In this document: piece by piece, positions 9,380 through 17,346 of the stretch
Layout: each line of letters opens with the position of its first letter
Position numbering within the stretch: position 1 is the first letter of the stretch
IMG/VR virus record: IMGVR_UViG_3300028887_000085
Location: 32,001 to 96,000 of that record
Direction: 5' to 3' (one strand)
Length of the DNA: 64,000 nt
Source: a virus
Taxonomy: Duplodnaviria > Caudoviricetes
Position numbers and translations under genes: made by a program
Notes under the pieces: model-generated
Database searches by the model: none
Told to the model about the DNA's origin: nothing
Seen by the model: only the letters and a program-made list of their open reading frames with translations

Positions 9380-9937
9380 TTATCCGGCGATGGCCGCATA
9401 AGCCATCCCGCCGCGCCGCCGGTCGTCTTCCTCCGCGCCCAGGCGTTCCGAGCCGAATTGCAGCCTGATCCTGTCCATGCTCCACGCCTTTTTGCCCTTG
9501 TAGCTCATGGCGGCATCCTCCGGGAAGTGCCAGGACCATTTTTCCTTCCCCTTGCTCCACTTGCAGCCCAGGGCCTTCAGCCGGTCCTTGTGCCTGCGCG
9601 TTTCGCCGCCGATCCAGAGCCAGCGCCCGCAAAGCTCAACCTCCAGCCCGTCCAGCTTGAAAAGCTCCGCGCAGATGTTGATGAAGTCCTCCGGCGTCTC
9701 TTTCGTCGCCGTCTCCGCCCTGTAGGTCTTCGGGCCGTCGGGCCGAGAGCTCTTGTGGATGTCCTTCAGCTCGTCGAACAGGATCGTATATTCGGCGTTG
9801 ATCTCCTGCATTTTCACCTTGTCGCCGCCCCGGTCAGGATGATTTTCAAGGGCCAGCTTGCGGTAGATGCTCTTCAGGTCTTCCACGTTGTCGGGAACGG
9901 GAACGATCCAGCGGATTTTCTGTTTTGCGAATTTCAT
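9380..9937 (-). CDS. J-domain (DnaJ-like) protein
   Basis: LKSIYRKLALENHPDRGG...MQEINAEY with the HPD motif; C-terminal ELCGRWLWIGGET...LKALGCKWS domain. Confidence 0.85.
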   Translation of the reverse strand: MKFAKQKIRWIVPVPDNVEDLKSIYRKLALENHPDRGGDKVKMQEINAEYTILFDELKDIHKSSRPDGPKTYRAETATKETPEDFINICAELFKLDGLEVELCGRWLWIGGETRRHKDRLKALGCKWSKGKEKWSWHFPEDAAMSYKGKKAWSMDRIRLQFGSERLGAEEDDRRRGGMAYAAIAG

Positions 9938-10018
9938 TTTTCGACCTCCGATTTTTGTTTTCCGAATTATTTATGCCCCGAAGAATTTCCCCAGGGCTTG
10001 ATTTCCGTCGTCTTTATA

Positions 10019-10044
10019 GTCTCGATGACCGGCGGATTGTAACC
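10019..10044 (-). promoter_or_regulatory. Early motif copy 9
   Basis: GTCTC 10019-10023, N14, TGTAACC 10038-10044. Confidence 0.8.
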
Positions 10045-10111
10045 GCGCCGGTGAGAAAATTTTTGGCGGCTTTATGAGGCGGCCCGCAGCAGCGGGCCGC
10101 CTGAAAAACCG

Positions 10112-10384
10112 TCAAGCTGTTTCTTTCTCTGCCTCCTCCCGGAAGTCCTCCCACTCGTCCCAGGCGGCCCGGCAGCCGTCCTCGTCCTTGTAGGGAACGA
10201 ATTTCACCAGGTAATTGCTTGCCCAGGGGTTCAGGTAATGCTCATAGACGAAAGCCCAGCCCCGGCGGCAGGCTACCACGAAATTATCCAGCAGGCAGCC
10301 TTCCACGGCCTCCACGGTCTCGCCGTCGTTCTGCGTGTACCAGATATTCAGGCGTTTTTCGCCGGTGATTTGAAAAACCGTCAT
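10112..10384 (-). CDS. Hypothetical protein
   Basis: Start MTVFQITG overlaps the upstream stop. Confidence 0.7.
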   Translation of the reverse strand: MTVFQITGEKRLNIWYTQNDGETVEAVEGCLLDNFVVACRRGWAFVYEHYLNPWASNYLVKFVPYKDEDGCRAAWDEWEDFREEAEKETA

Positions 10385-10542
10385 TTCGTCGCCTCCGCAA
10401 TCTCCAGCTCCAGCGCCAGAGCCCGCAGCGCCGCAACTCGCCCGTGATTGCTGCCCCGTCTGCATTTTTCCAGGTCAGCCTCCGCCGCTCGCAGGTGCTT
10501 TTTGATGATCTTTTCCATTTCTTCAACCGTGAGATTTTTCAT
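10381..10542 (-). CDS. Hypothetical 53-aa protein
   Basis: MKNLTVEEMEKIIKKHLRAAEADL...; AAGGAGG RBS; too short for the ORF track. Confidence 0.65.
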   Translation of the reverse strand: MKNLTVEEMEKIIKKHLRAAEADLEKCRRGSNHGRVAALRALALELEIAEATK

Positions 10543-10611
10543 GTTTGCCTCCTTTAATGTTTCAAGCCCCAGGGCGTTTGCCCCAGGGCTTGTGATTTGC
10601 TTGTCTTTTTG

Positions 10612-10800
10612 GTCTCGCTGGATTGTGTTTTGTAACCGGCGGAAGAAATTTATTTTTCGTCGCCGTCGGCACCGTTCGCCTGGACGCTTGCCTTTAAGGT
10701 CTCGCAGGCGGCCCGATTGTAACCGGCGGTGAAAAATTTTTCGCGGTTTGTTCTGCCGCCGCCAGAATTATAAGGTCTCACTGTTCTGGATTTTGTAACC
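10612..10800 (-). promoter_or_regulatory. Early motif copies 10, 11 and 12 (stacked)
   Basis: GTCTC/TGTAACC starting at 10612/10631, 10699/10718 and 10775/10794, all N14. Confidence 0.8.
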
Positions 10801-10811
10801 TGGCCGGAAAA

Positions 10812-11117
10812 TTATTTTTCCTCCGGCCCGGCCCCGTCCATGGACCCGGCGGCCTCCAGATCGTCAGCCGCAGCAGCACCGGCCCCGGCGGCCCGGCCCC
10901 GGCCAGGCTTGCGCGGGCCGAATTCGCCATGCAATCCGAGATCAAGACCGGCGGCCCGGCCCAGGACGGCAGCGGCCCAGGCATTCACGGAACTGAAGCC
11001 CGCAGCCGCAGCAGCGGCCCGCAGCTTTTCCCGTGATCCCGCCGGGAACTGTAAGAGGATGCGGTCATAATTCCTCTTTTTATAGGATTCATTCGCTTTG
11101 CTTTTCGCCGTCGCCAT
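10812..11117 (-). CDS. Arc/ribbon-helix-helix DNA-binding protein
   Basis: KANESYKKRNYDRILLQFPAGSREKLRAAA...SVNAW; AGGAGG RBS. Confidence 0.75.
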   Translation of the reverse strand: MATAKSKANESYKKRNYDRILLQFPAGSREKLRAAAAAAGFSSVNAWAAAVLGRAAGLDLGLHGEFGPRKPGRGRAAGAGAAAADDLEAAGSMDGAGPEEK

Positions 11118-11146
11118 TCGTTTTTCACCTCCTGGCATACATTATA

Positions 11147-11172
11147 GTCTCGCAGCGGGCCGAAATGTAACC
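11147..11172 (-). promoter_or_regulatory. Early motif copy 13 (upstream of the RHH gene)
   Basis: GTCTC 11147-11151, N14, TGTAACC 11166-11172. Confidence 0.8.
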
Positions 11173-11216
11173 CATGATTTGATATTTTCTAAAGATATTG
11201 ATGATTTAACTAAATC

Positions 11217-11270
11217 CGGTATATACCGAACAGTAAACGGCTTGACAAATCGGCATATACCGATTATAAT
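11217..11270 (+). promoter_or_regulatory. Consensus sigmaA promoter with two palindromic operators
   Basis: TTGACA 11242-11247, 17 nt, TATAAT 11265-11270; CGGTATATACCG 11217-11228 and CGGCATATACCG 11251-11262. Confidence 0.85.
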
Positions 11271-11349
11271 AGTTGACAAGATGAGGCCCCGCAGAGGACC
11301 CCCTGACCCGCCCCGGCGGGCAGGCACATTTGAAAGGAGACCCCCGAAA

Positions 11350-12459
11350 ATGACGAAATCCGAAATGATGATCCGCGCCCACGCCTGGACCCGTGAAACC
11401 GTCGCCGCCTACCCCGGCAGCAGCTACCGCGCCACCCTGGCCGCCGCCCTGCACGAGCTTTGGAAGGACATCCGCAGCGAGGACGCCCGCAGCGCCGCCG
11501 CCGTCCGCCTGACCGTTGCCGCCGTCCTCCAGGCCGCCGAGGACGCCGTGACCCGGCGCAGCGCCGACGCCGACGCCGCCGCCCGTGCATGCTGCGCGGA
11601 GCAGCAGACCGGCAGCGAGCAGCAGCAGCAGGAGCAGGAACCGGCCACCCTGGCCGAATTCCTCCAGCAGCCCGGAGAAGTACAGCTTGAAACCCTCCGC
11701 AAGTTTGCCGCCCGATGCCCCGGCTACGCCGCCCGGCAGGTCAAAAAGACCACCGACCCCGAGACCGGCGAGACCGTCACCGTCCCGGCCCCGGCAGCTT
11801 GGGCCGACTGGATGATCCCCCGCAGCAAAGGCGGGCTTGAGCTTGAACCCTGGGCCGTTGCCGTTGACACCATCGCCGCCGAAGCCTGGACGCGCCTGGC
11901 AACCTCCGAGGACGACGGAAACCCGCTCGCGTGGATTCTCGCCCGCGCCTGCCGCGCCGCCTGCGTGAGGCTTTCCAAGGTATACCGTGACGCGCCGAAC
12001 AACCGCAGCCGCAGCAAGCGGCAGGACGGCAGCGGTACTATTATCGACGCCGTTTCCCTTGACGATCCCGATTACAGCGCCGCCGCCCATTTCCCCGGCC
12101 CGGAATCCGCCGCCGTCACCCGTGAAGCCATCCGCCAGGCCGCCAACGACCCCCGAGACTTTGCCGTCCTGGACCTGCGCAGCCAGGGACAGACCCTGCA
12201 GCAGATCGCCGCCCGCCTGGGCATCAGCCATCCCGCCGTCCTCAAGCGCCTCCGCCGCATGAAGGAACGCATGGAGGACGCCAAGACGGAGCAGGCCGCC
12301 AACGACCTCGACGCCGCAGTCATGGCCGCAGCCGGTCAGAGCTACCGCCCCCGGAAGAGCTGGAGGCCCGACAACGCCAGCAGCAGCACCGGCGGCAGGG
12401 AGAACGCGCAGCAGCCCCGCAGCGCCGCCGCCACCGTCAGCACATGGGCCGGGAAGTAA
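11350..12459 (+). CDS. Atypical ECF-like sigma factor / sigma region-4 HTH protein
   Basis: AAAGGAG RBS; region-2-like DTIAAEAWTRL..PLAWILARACR; VSLDD..PGPES linker; region-4 PRDFAVLDLRSQGQTLQQIAARLGISHPAVLKRLRR. Confidence 0.7.
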   Translation: MTKSEMMIRAHAWTRETVAAYPGSSYRATLAAALHELWKDIRSEDARSAAAVRLTVAAVLQAAEDAVTRRSADADAAARACCAEQQTGSEQQQQEQEPATLAEFLQQPGEVQLETLRKFAARCPGYAARQVKKTTDPETGETVTVPAPAAWADWMIPRSKGGLELEPWAVAVDTIAAEAWTRLATSEDDGNPLAWILARACRAACVRLSKVYRDAPNNRSRSKRQDGSGTIIDAVSLDDPDYSAAAHFPGPESAAVTREAIRQAANDPRDFAVLDLRSQGQTLQQIAARLGISHPAVLKRLRRMKERMEDAKTEQAANDLDAAVMAAAGQSYRPRKSWRPDNASSSTGGRENAQQPRSAAATVSTWAGK

Positions 12460-12495
12460 CGCCCGGCCAGGAACCCCGAACCCCGAACAGAAAAC

Positions 12496-12526
12496 GCCCG
12501 GCCCGTTTTGGGCCGGGCTTCTCTTT
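12496..12526 (+). terminator. Intrinsic terminator after the sigma gene
   Basis: GCCCGGCCC-GTTTT-GGGCCGGGC followed by TTCTCTTT. Confidence 0.7.
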
Positions 12527-13408
12527 GCCCGCCAGACGCACCAGGAAGCCCGACACGCGCAGCCGCGCCCCTCCACGTCTACCCCGCAGCCGGTCACGTC
12601 TTCCCGCGCCTACGCGCACGCGAGAAGCGTGCAGCAGCGCAGCCGCGCCCGTCTACCGCGCACCGGCGTGTCATCCCCGGCCCGTTGATATTCCGTAGTA
12701 GTTCCGTTGACCGTATCAGCGCCGCAGCCGCAGCAGATACCGCAGCAGCGCCGCAGCAGGGGAGGACCGGCCCAGCAGATCATACCGACAGCCCAGGCCC
12801 CGCAGCAGGCCGAAAACGGGAAGGACCGCAGCGGGGAAAATGTGCCGCTTTAGGTGAACTGTTCTGCAGTGTCGGAATTCTCCGAGCTTTCAGGCGGGGC
12901 TTTCCGGCGGCATTTCCGGCCAGACCTGGCGGAGCACCGGCGGCCCCGGCCCGGCCAGCAGCGACCCGGAACCGTTGCCATTACAGACGGAATGACAACG
13001 GATCACCCCCCAGGTTTGCAGACGGAACCTTCAGCCCGAACCGCGCCACGCCCGTAGCCCTTCTCGCCGCGTCCCCGTTCGGGCACTGCCTACGCGCCTG
13101 GTTGCGGTAGCGAGCGCGGGATGGGCGCGGTGGGTAGCCGTGACGGTTGATTGAACGGTTCGGAAAATCCGAACGGTTGCTGATGAACATGTAAGCGAAA
13201 CTTACAAGTTAAAGGGAGCGTGGTGAGAGGGCTCCGGAAAATTTTGCGCGGTCTCGCAAGCGAGACGAATAAAGGGTGGGGTGGGGGGTAGTTTGCAGTT
13301 GAAGGGGAGAATCTTAGGGGAACACGCAGGGTGTGTTAAGGTATGGTTGAAGCGGGGCGCGAGTGTGCGTCAGCGTGGTAGCAACTACGGAGCAGGGTGG
13401 TAGCAGGT

Positions 13409-13897
13409 ATGGCCGAACAAACGAGGCCGAAGCAATACTGGGAGCGCAACGGAACGCGGCGACCTCTGCCGTCTCTGAGCGATGCGATGAAGCGATACGG
13501 AGTGGAGTCGGTAGCGTACTTTGCTCCGGTATACGAAAAAGAGAATCAGTGCCCGTGGTGCGGTGGCGCGGTAAACAACAAGCGGCGTCGGTACTGCTCG
13601 GACGAATGCCGGAGGGACTTTCAAAACATGACGGTCTGGTGGCGTGGACGCGGGGCGTATGGAATGCGGATACTGTACCGCGACGGATTCACCTGCCAAG
13701 ACTGCGGCGAATTCCATGCATTCATCAACGAACACGGTATGGCGTGCCCGGTAGACGACGGGCAGTTAGAGATACACCACATTGTACCGGTAGCGTACGG
13801 GGGCGGCGACGAACCGAGTAACCTGGTGACGCTGTGCAAGCGGTGCCACAAAGAGCGACACCGAGAAATGAGGAGCAAAGAATGGACATCTTACTGA
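13409..13897 (+). CDS. HNH endonuclease
   Basis: RDGFTCQDCG...EIHHIVPVAYGGGDEPSNLVTLCKRCH; N-terminal CPWC/YCSDEC zinc site. Confidence 0.9.
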   Translation: MAEQTRPKQYWERNGTRRPLPSLSDAMKRYGVESVAYFAPVYEKENQCPWCGGAVNNKRRRYCSDECRRDFQNMTVWWRGRGAYGMRILYRDGFTCQDCGEFHAFINEHGMACPVDDGQLEIHHIVPVAYGGGDEPSNLVTLCKRCHKERHREMRSKEWTSY

Positions 13898-14193
13898 TAG
13901 TGCTGGCGGTGATCGTGGGATTGCCGGTGTATGCGTTCATTGGTTTCCTGGTCTTCGTAGCGTTTGCAAAAATCTGCGACGGCTTTGACGGTGACTGGCA
14001 TAGCGACAGTTGGCGGTGGGACTGGATGGTAGACGAAGGGACCTCCATAGCATTTATGGTCTTTTGGCCGATGCTTGTGGCTATTGGGCTCATCGTGCTG
14101 CCGTTCTTCGGCGTGTACTATCTGATAAACATGCTGATAGAGAGGGGGGAAGAGGCGGATGGCGAAGAAGAAAGCGAAAGAGCCGAAGACTGA
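13882..14193 (+). CDS. Membrane protein
   Basis: Two long hydrophobic segments; AGGAG RBS. Confidence 0.65.
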   Translation: MDILLIVLAVIVGLPVYAFIGFLVFVAFAKICDGFDGDWHSDSWRWDWMVDEGTSIAFMVFWPMLVAIGLIVLPFFGVYYLINMLIERGEEADGEEESERAED

Positions 14194-14617
14194 ATACGTC
14201 GTGCGGATGAACGAGCGGCAGCTCCGTCTCATTATGACGGCGACGGAAGAGTACGGACGCCTCCGCATGGGGCAGACGTGGGATCTGTCGGACGACCTGG
14301 CTTTCCAGCACTACGACCGCAAGGCGGAGCAGGAGAGCGGCGAGCACAAAGAGTTTGACCGTCGGATACTGCGGCGGGACGCCTGCCGTGAACTGCTGGA
14401 CCTGGCTATGCGGGCGGCGTGTGGCGGTAACTACTTGGACCACTGGCAGAAGACGGAAGACGTGGAAGTGGCCTTGGACATGTACAGCACGGTGCGGAAG
14501 TTCTTTTGGGAACAGAAGCCGGAAGCGGAGAAGGACACATGGACGGTGGCATCGGGGCCGCTGTACCTGATGGGGCCAGACCCGAAAATGGAAATCGAGA
14601 AGGTGACGGTAGAATGA
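14159..14617 (+). CDS. Hypothetical protein
   Basis: 152 aa, operon context. Confidence 0.75.
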   Translation: MAKKKAKEPKTEYVVRMNERQLRLIMTATEEYGRLRMGQTWDLSDDLAFQHYDRKAEQESGEHKEFDRRILRRDACRELLDLAMRAACGGNYLDHWQKTEDVEVALDMYSTVRKFFWEQKPEAEKDTWTVASGPLYLMGPDPKMEIEKVTVE

Positions 14618-15075
14618 ACCTGGTTCCGGCGATCAAAGCGATTCAGGATGAAATGGACAAACTGTTCAAAGAGTACCGAGAGACGGTGAAGCCCTACGAA
14701 GACAGCCTGAAGCAACTGAGGAAACTCAATACCGCCTGCGAAAACTGCGGCGGTTCCGGTAAGGTTCTTCGGCGCAGGGCCTGCGCGGAAGATGACCGCC
14801 CCGATCCGAACGATCCGAGGGACTATGTGAAGTGCCAATACTGCAGCGGTACGGGCAAAGCCAACTACATTGTCCTCGACGAAGCGAAGCCGGAAGAAAC
14901 GGCGACAGTCAAGGGAACGTGTTCCAACTGCCGGTATCATTATTCCTACGGTTACGCTGATTTCACTACGGGGGGGATCGGCACAACAAGGTACTTCTGT
15001 TTCGGAGAGAAGGGAGTGCCGGAAGTGAGTCCAAATCATTCCTGCGAAAACTGGCAGTTGGAAGGGCAGCAATGA
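14614..15075 (+). CDS. Cys-rich zinc-finger protein
   Basis: CENCGGSG and CQYCSGTG (CxxCxGxG) plus CSNC...C...C. Confidence 0.7.
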   Translation: MNLVPAIKAIQDEMDKLFKEYRETVKPYEDSLKQLRKLNTACENCGGSGKVLRRRACAEDDRPDPNDPRDYVKCQYCSGTGKANYIVLDEAKPEETATVKGTCSNCRYHYSYGYADFTTGGIGTTRYFCFGEKGVPEVSPNHSCENWQLEGQQ

Positions 15076-15719
15076 ACGAAGCGGCAATTACGAAGCTGTG
15101 CGGCTTCCGTGAGCTCAGAGAGAACTGGAATGGATACGGGTGCTGCGCGTGGTACGACGAAGAAAAGAGCGAAGAGTATATCCGACAAGTCACGACGCTG
15201 CTGAGGACGCTGCCTTTCGATATCACGTTCATCGCTCCGCTCCAAGACGGGACCATCGTACAAATCGAATACGAAGATGAGGTATGGTACATCGAATTCG
15301 AGCTGAACGAAGACCATACGGCGAGCGTATACGAACAGCTTCCGGACAAAGATCGAGAATACACCTGTTACTGGTGGCAGATCGCGGACCTGCTGCGAGA
15401 CGGCGGGACACTCAAAGAGAAAGGAGAAAGTGAAATGGTGAAAGGGCAGCAGGAACGAATGATGTACTGCTTCGGGATCGCCATCGAACTGGTTAAGCGC
15501 GGAGAAAGAATGCGGCGGGAAGGATGGAACGGGAAGCGCCAGTATATCGAACTGGCGACCTGCATCTCCTACAAGAACGCCAAAGGCGAGATCGTGAACG
15601 CGGAGCACGACGCCATAGGGAACGCGGCCATCGCTTTCGTGGGAACATCCGGGGTCCAGCTCGGATGGCTGGCATCTCAGGCGGACATGCTGGCGGAAGA
15701 CTGGGAGATATTCGAGTGA
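15072..15719 (+). CDS. tad2: DUF2829/Tad2-like anti-defence protein (in-frame internal start at 15435)
   Basis: FGIAIELVKRGERMRREGWNGKRQY...GWLASQADMLAEDW is the DUF2829 signature. Confidence 0.8.
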   Translation: MNEAAITKLCGFRELRENWNGYGCCAWYDEEKSEEYIRQVTTLLRTLPFDITFIAPLQDGTIVQIEYEDEVWYIEFELNEDHTASVYEQLPDKDREYTCYWWQIADLLRDGGTLKEKGESEMVKGQQERMMYCFGIAIELVKRGERMRREGWNGKRQYIELATCISYKNAKGEIVNAEHDAIGNAAIAFVGTSGVQLGWLASQADMLAEDWEIFE

Positions 15720-16033
15720 ACACTATCTGCCTCCGCAACTGCCAGTTCCGAACGCGTACGGGATACTGCGGACGGACGGCGGGGTGCATAGACGATATCA
15801 AAGCCTCCGAAACCGTTTCGACATGGACGGCAAACACTTCCAAGATGCCGAAGCTGAAGAAGTGTCCGTTCTGCGGAAGTAAATACAGCCTGAAGGTGGT
15901 ATCGCATCCGCAAGAAGGATTCAGGGATCGTTACTCGATCCTGTGCGATTACCGCGAAGGCGGCTGCGGCGCTGAGGGGCCGTGGTATCACAGACCGGAA
16001 GAAGCGGCGTGGGCGTGGAATCAAAGAACATGA
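15716..16033 (+). CDS. Lar-like restriction alleviation protein
   Basis: LKKCPFCG...CGAEGP...EAAWAWNQR. Confidence 0.7.
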   Translation: MNTICLRNCQFRTRTGYCGRTAGCIDDIKASETVSTWTANTSKMPKLKKCPFCGSKYSLKVVSHPQEGFRDRYSILCDYREGGCGAEGPWYHRPEEAAWAWNQRT

Positions 16034-16045
16034 AAGGAGAACACA

Positions 16046-16834
16046 ATGGAGTACAAGTACAACGTCGGTGACAAGGTGCGCATCCTGGACGGAAGCAAAA
16101 TCCTTGACTATACGGCGGGCTGGACAAAAGGAATGAATTCGCTTGTCGGAGAGGTGAGGAAAATCACCGGGCGCACAGCATATGACGAACGCCCGCACTA
16201 TTTCCTCGATGGACCTGATGCTTTGGGATATAAGTGGGACGAGCGCGGCCTTAAGCTCGTCGAAACGAAGAAGAGCAAACCCCGGATTGTGGTCTACATC
16301 GACAAGAACGACTCCAGCGTAGTCGTCGCAAAGGATACGGAGACCGGGAAGACCGGGAAAGCAAAGTGCAGCCAGGAAGACACCTTCGACTTCTACACCG
16401 GCGCACAGCTGGCGATGATGCGGCTGTTTGATACGAAGCCCTTCCCGGAGGAGCCGAAGAAGTGGATTCCGAAAGATGGAGATTACGTCATCGGCAACGA
16501 AAAGAACGGTTACGCTTTCACCTCGGGAGGAACGATTTGGAAAATTGCAGCTGTATGCGGCAGGTCAATCACAGTTTCATCTCCAAATAGCAACGTGAAA
16601 TACCCTGTTGATTGCGACTTCTTCGACCATTACACCGGACCGCTCTTCACCGGCGATATGGTTTGCGTTAAAGATGACGGAACCGCGTTTCCAAAGTATG
16701 TCAAAGGAAGGATTTACCATGTGAAAGAAGGGGGAATTGAAGGAGAAGTCAGTCACAACGGTTACATCACTTCCGTCGAAGCTCTGAATGCCGAGTACAA
16801 AGACCGGTACAAATTCCTGGAAATCGTAAAGTGA
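16046..16834 (+). CDS. Hypothetical multi-domain phage protein
   Basis: YKYNVGDKVRI; AKCSQEDTFDFYTGA; AAGGAG RBS. Confidence 0.8.
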   Translation: MEYKYNVGDKVRILDGSKILDYTAGWTKGMNSLVGEVRKITGRTAYDERPHYFLDGPDALGYKWDERGLKLVETKKSKPRIVVYIDKNDSSVVVAKDTETGKTGKAKCSQEDTFDFYTGAQLAMMRLFDTKPFPEEPKKWIPKDGDYVIGNEKNGYAFTSGGTIWKIAAVCGRSITVSSPNSNVKYPVDCDFFDHYTGPLFTGDMVCVKDDGTAFPKYVKGRIYHVKEGGIEGEVSHNGYITSVEALNAEYKDRYKFLEIVK

Positions 16835-17034
16835 CAGGGGGTGATGCCTGTGTATACCAATCCGGCGTTCCCTTTGGAGTAGAAATGCCCGCTCTCCGTG
16901 CGTGAGCGGCGAGCGGGCGTGGGGTCTTCGGCATGACCTCCTTGGATAGAGAGAAGCGCATGGGTCGCGTAGCGCTGTGCCGACGCAAGCGGCATCCGTG
17001 GGGTGGAGATCCCTCACGACGCGACTCTTTATAA

Positions 17035-17117
17035 GGGGCGGTAAGCTCAGGGAAGAGCAGGGGACGATTTCCCCGGCGTACAGAGATACGCAGCCGGTTC
17101 GACTCCGGCCCGCCTCA
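17035..17117 (+). ncRNA. Non-canonical tRNA-like element
   Basis: Acceptor GGGGCGG/CCGCCTC, D arm GCTC/GAGC, T arm GCCGG-TTCGACT-CCGGC, long variable hairpin, aberrant anticodon loop, no CCA. Confidence 0.55.
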
Positions 17118-17227
17118 GCCGCGTATGCCTCCTTTCAGCTAGAGAAGCGCCGGACCGTGATGGCGCTGCGCCGGAGCAGCATCGGCGTCCGTCCCGTGAA
17201 GAGCCGGGGCGAAGCGGTCCATTATAC

Positions 17228-17303
17228 GCGGGTGTAGCCAAGCGGTGAAGGCATGGGACTTTGACTTCCATATTCGCTGGTTCAAATCCAGCCACCCGTG
17301 CCA
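17228..17303 (+). tRNA. tRNA-Gln (TTG)
   Basis: Full cloverleaf, loop CT-TTG-AC, T loop TTCAAAT, encoded CCA. Confidence 0.92.
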
Positions 17304-17346
17304 CCCCACAGAGGGGATATCAGAAACGGAAAGGAGAGAAACCAAA

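Noticed and set aside
10600-10820. CRISPR array (repeats about 80 nt apart)
   Set aside because: Only two short boxes are conserved around a variable 14-nt core, the other copies are dispersed before genes, and no cas genes are present
672-11172. Motif as type IIS restriction sites (GTCTC) or integron attC sites
   Set aside because: A fixed second box, single orientation and upstream-of-RBS position fit promoters; there is no attC-like inverted-repeat structure
11206-13110. ORFs 11206-12597 (-) and 12508-13110 (+)
   Set aside because: The first is the antisense shadow of the sigma gene; the second is low-complexity, starts inside a terminator and has no RBS
17145-17220. Hammerhead ribozyme
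   Set aside because: GTGAAGA...GAAG deviates from the CUGANGA/GAAA core at conserved positions
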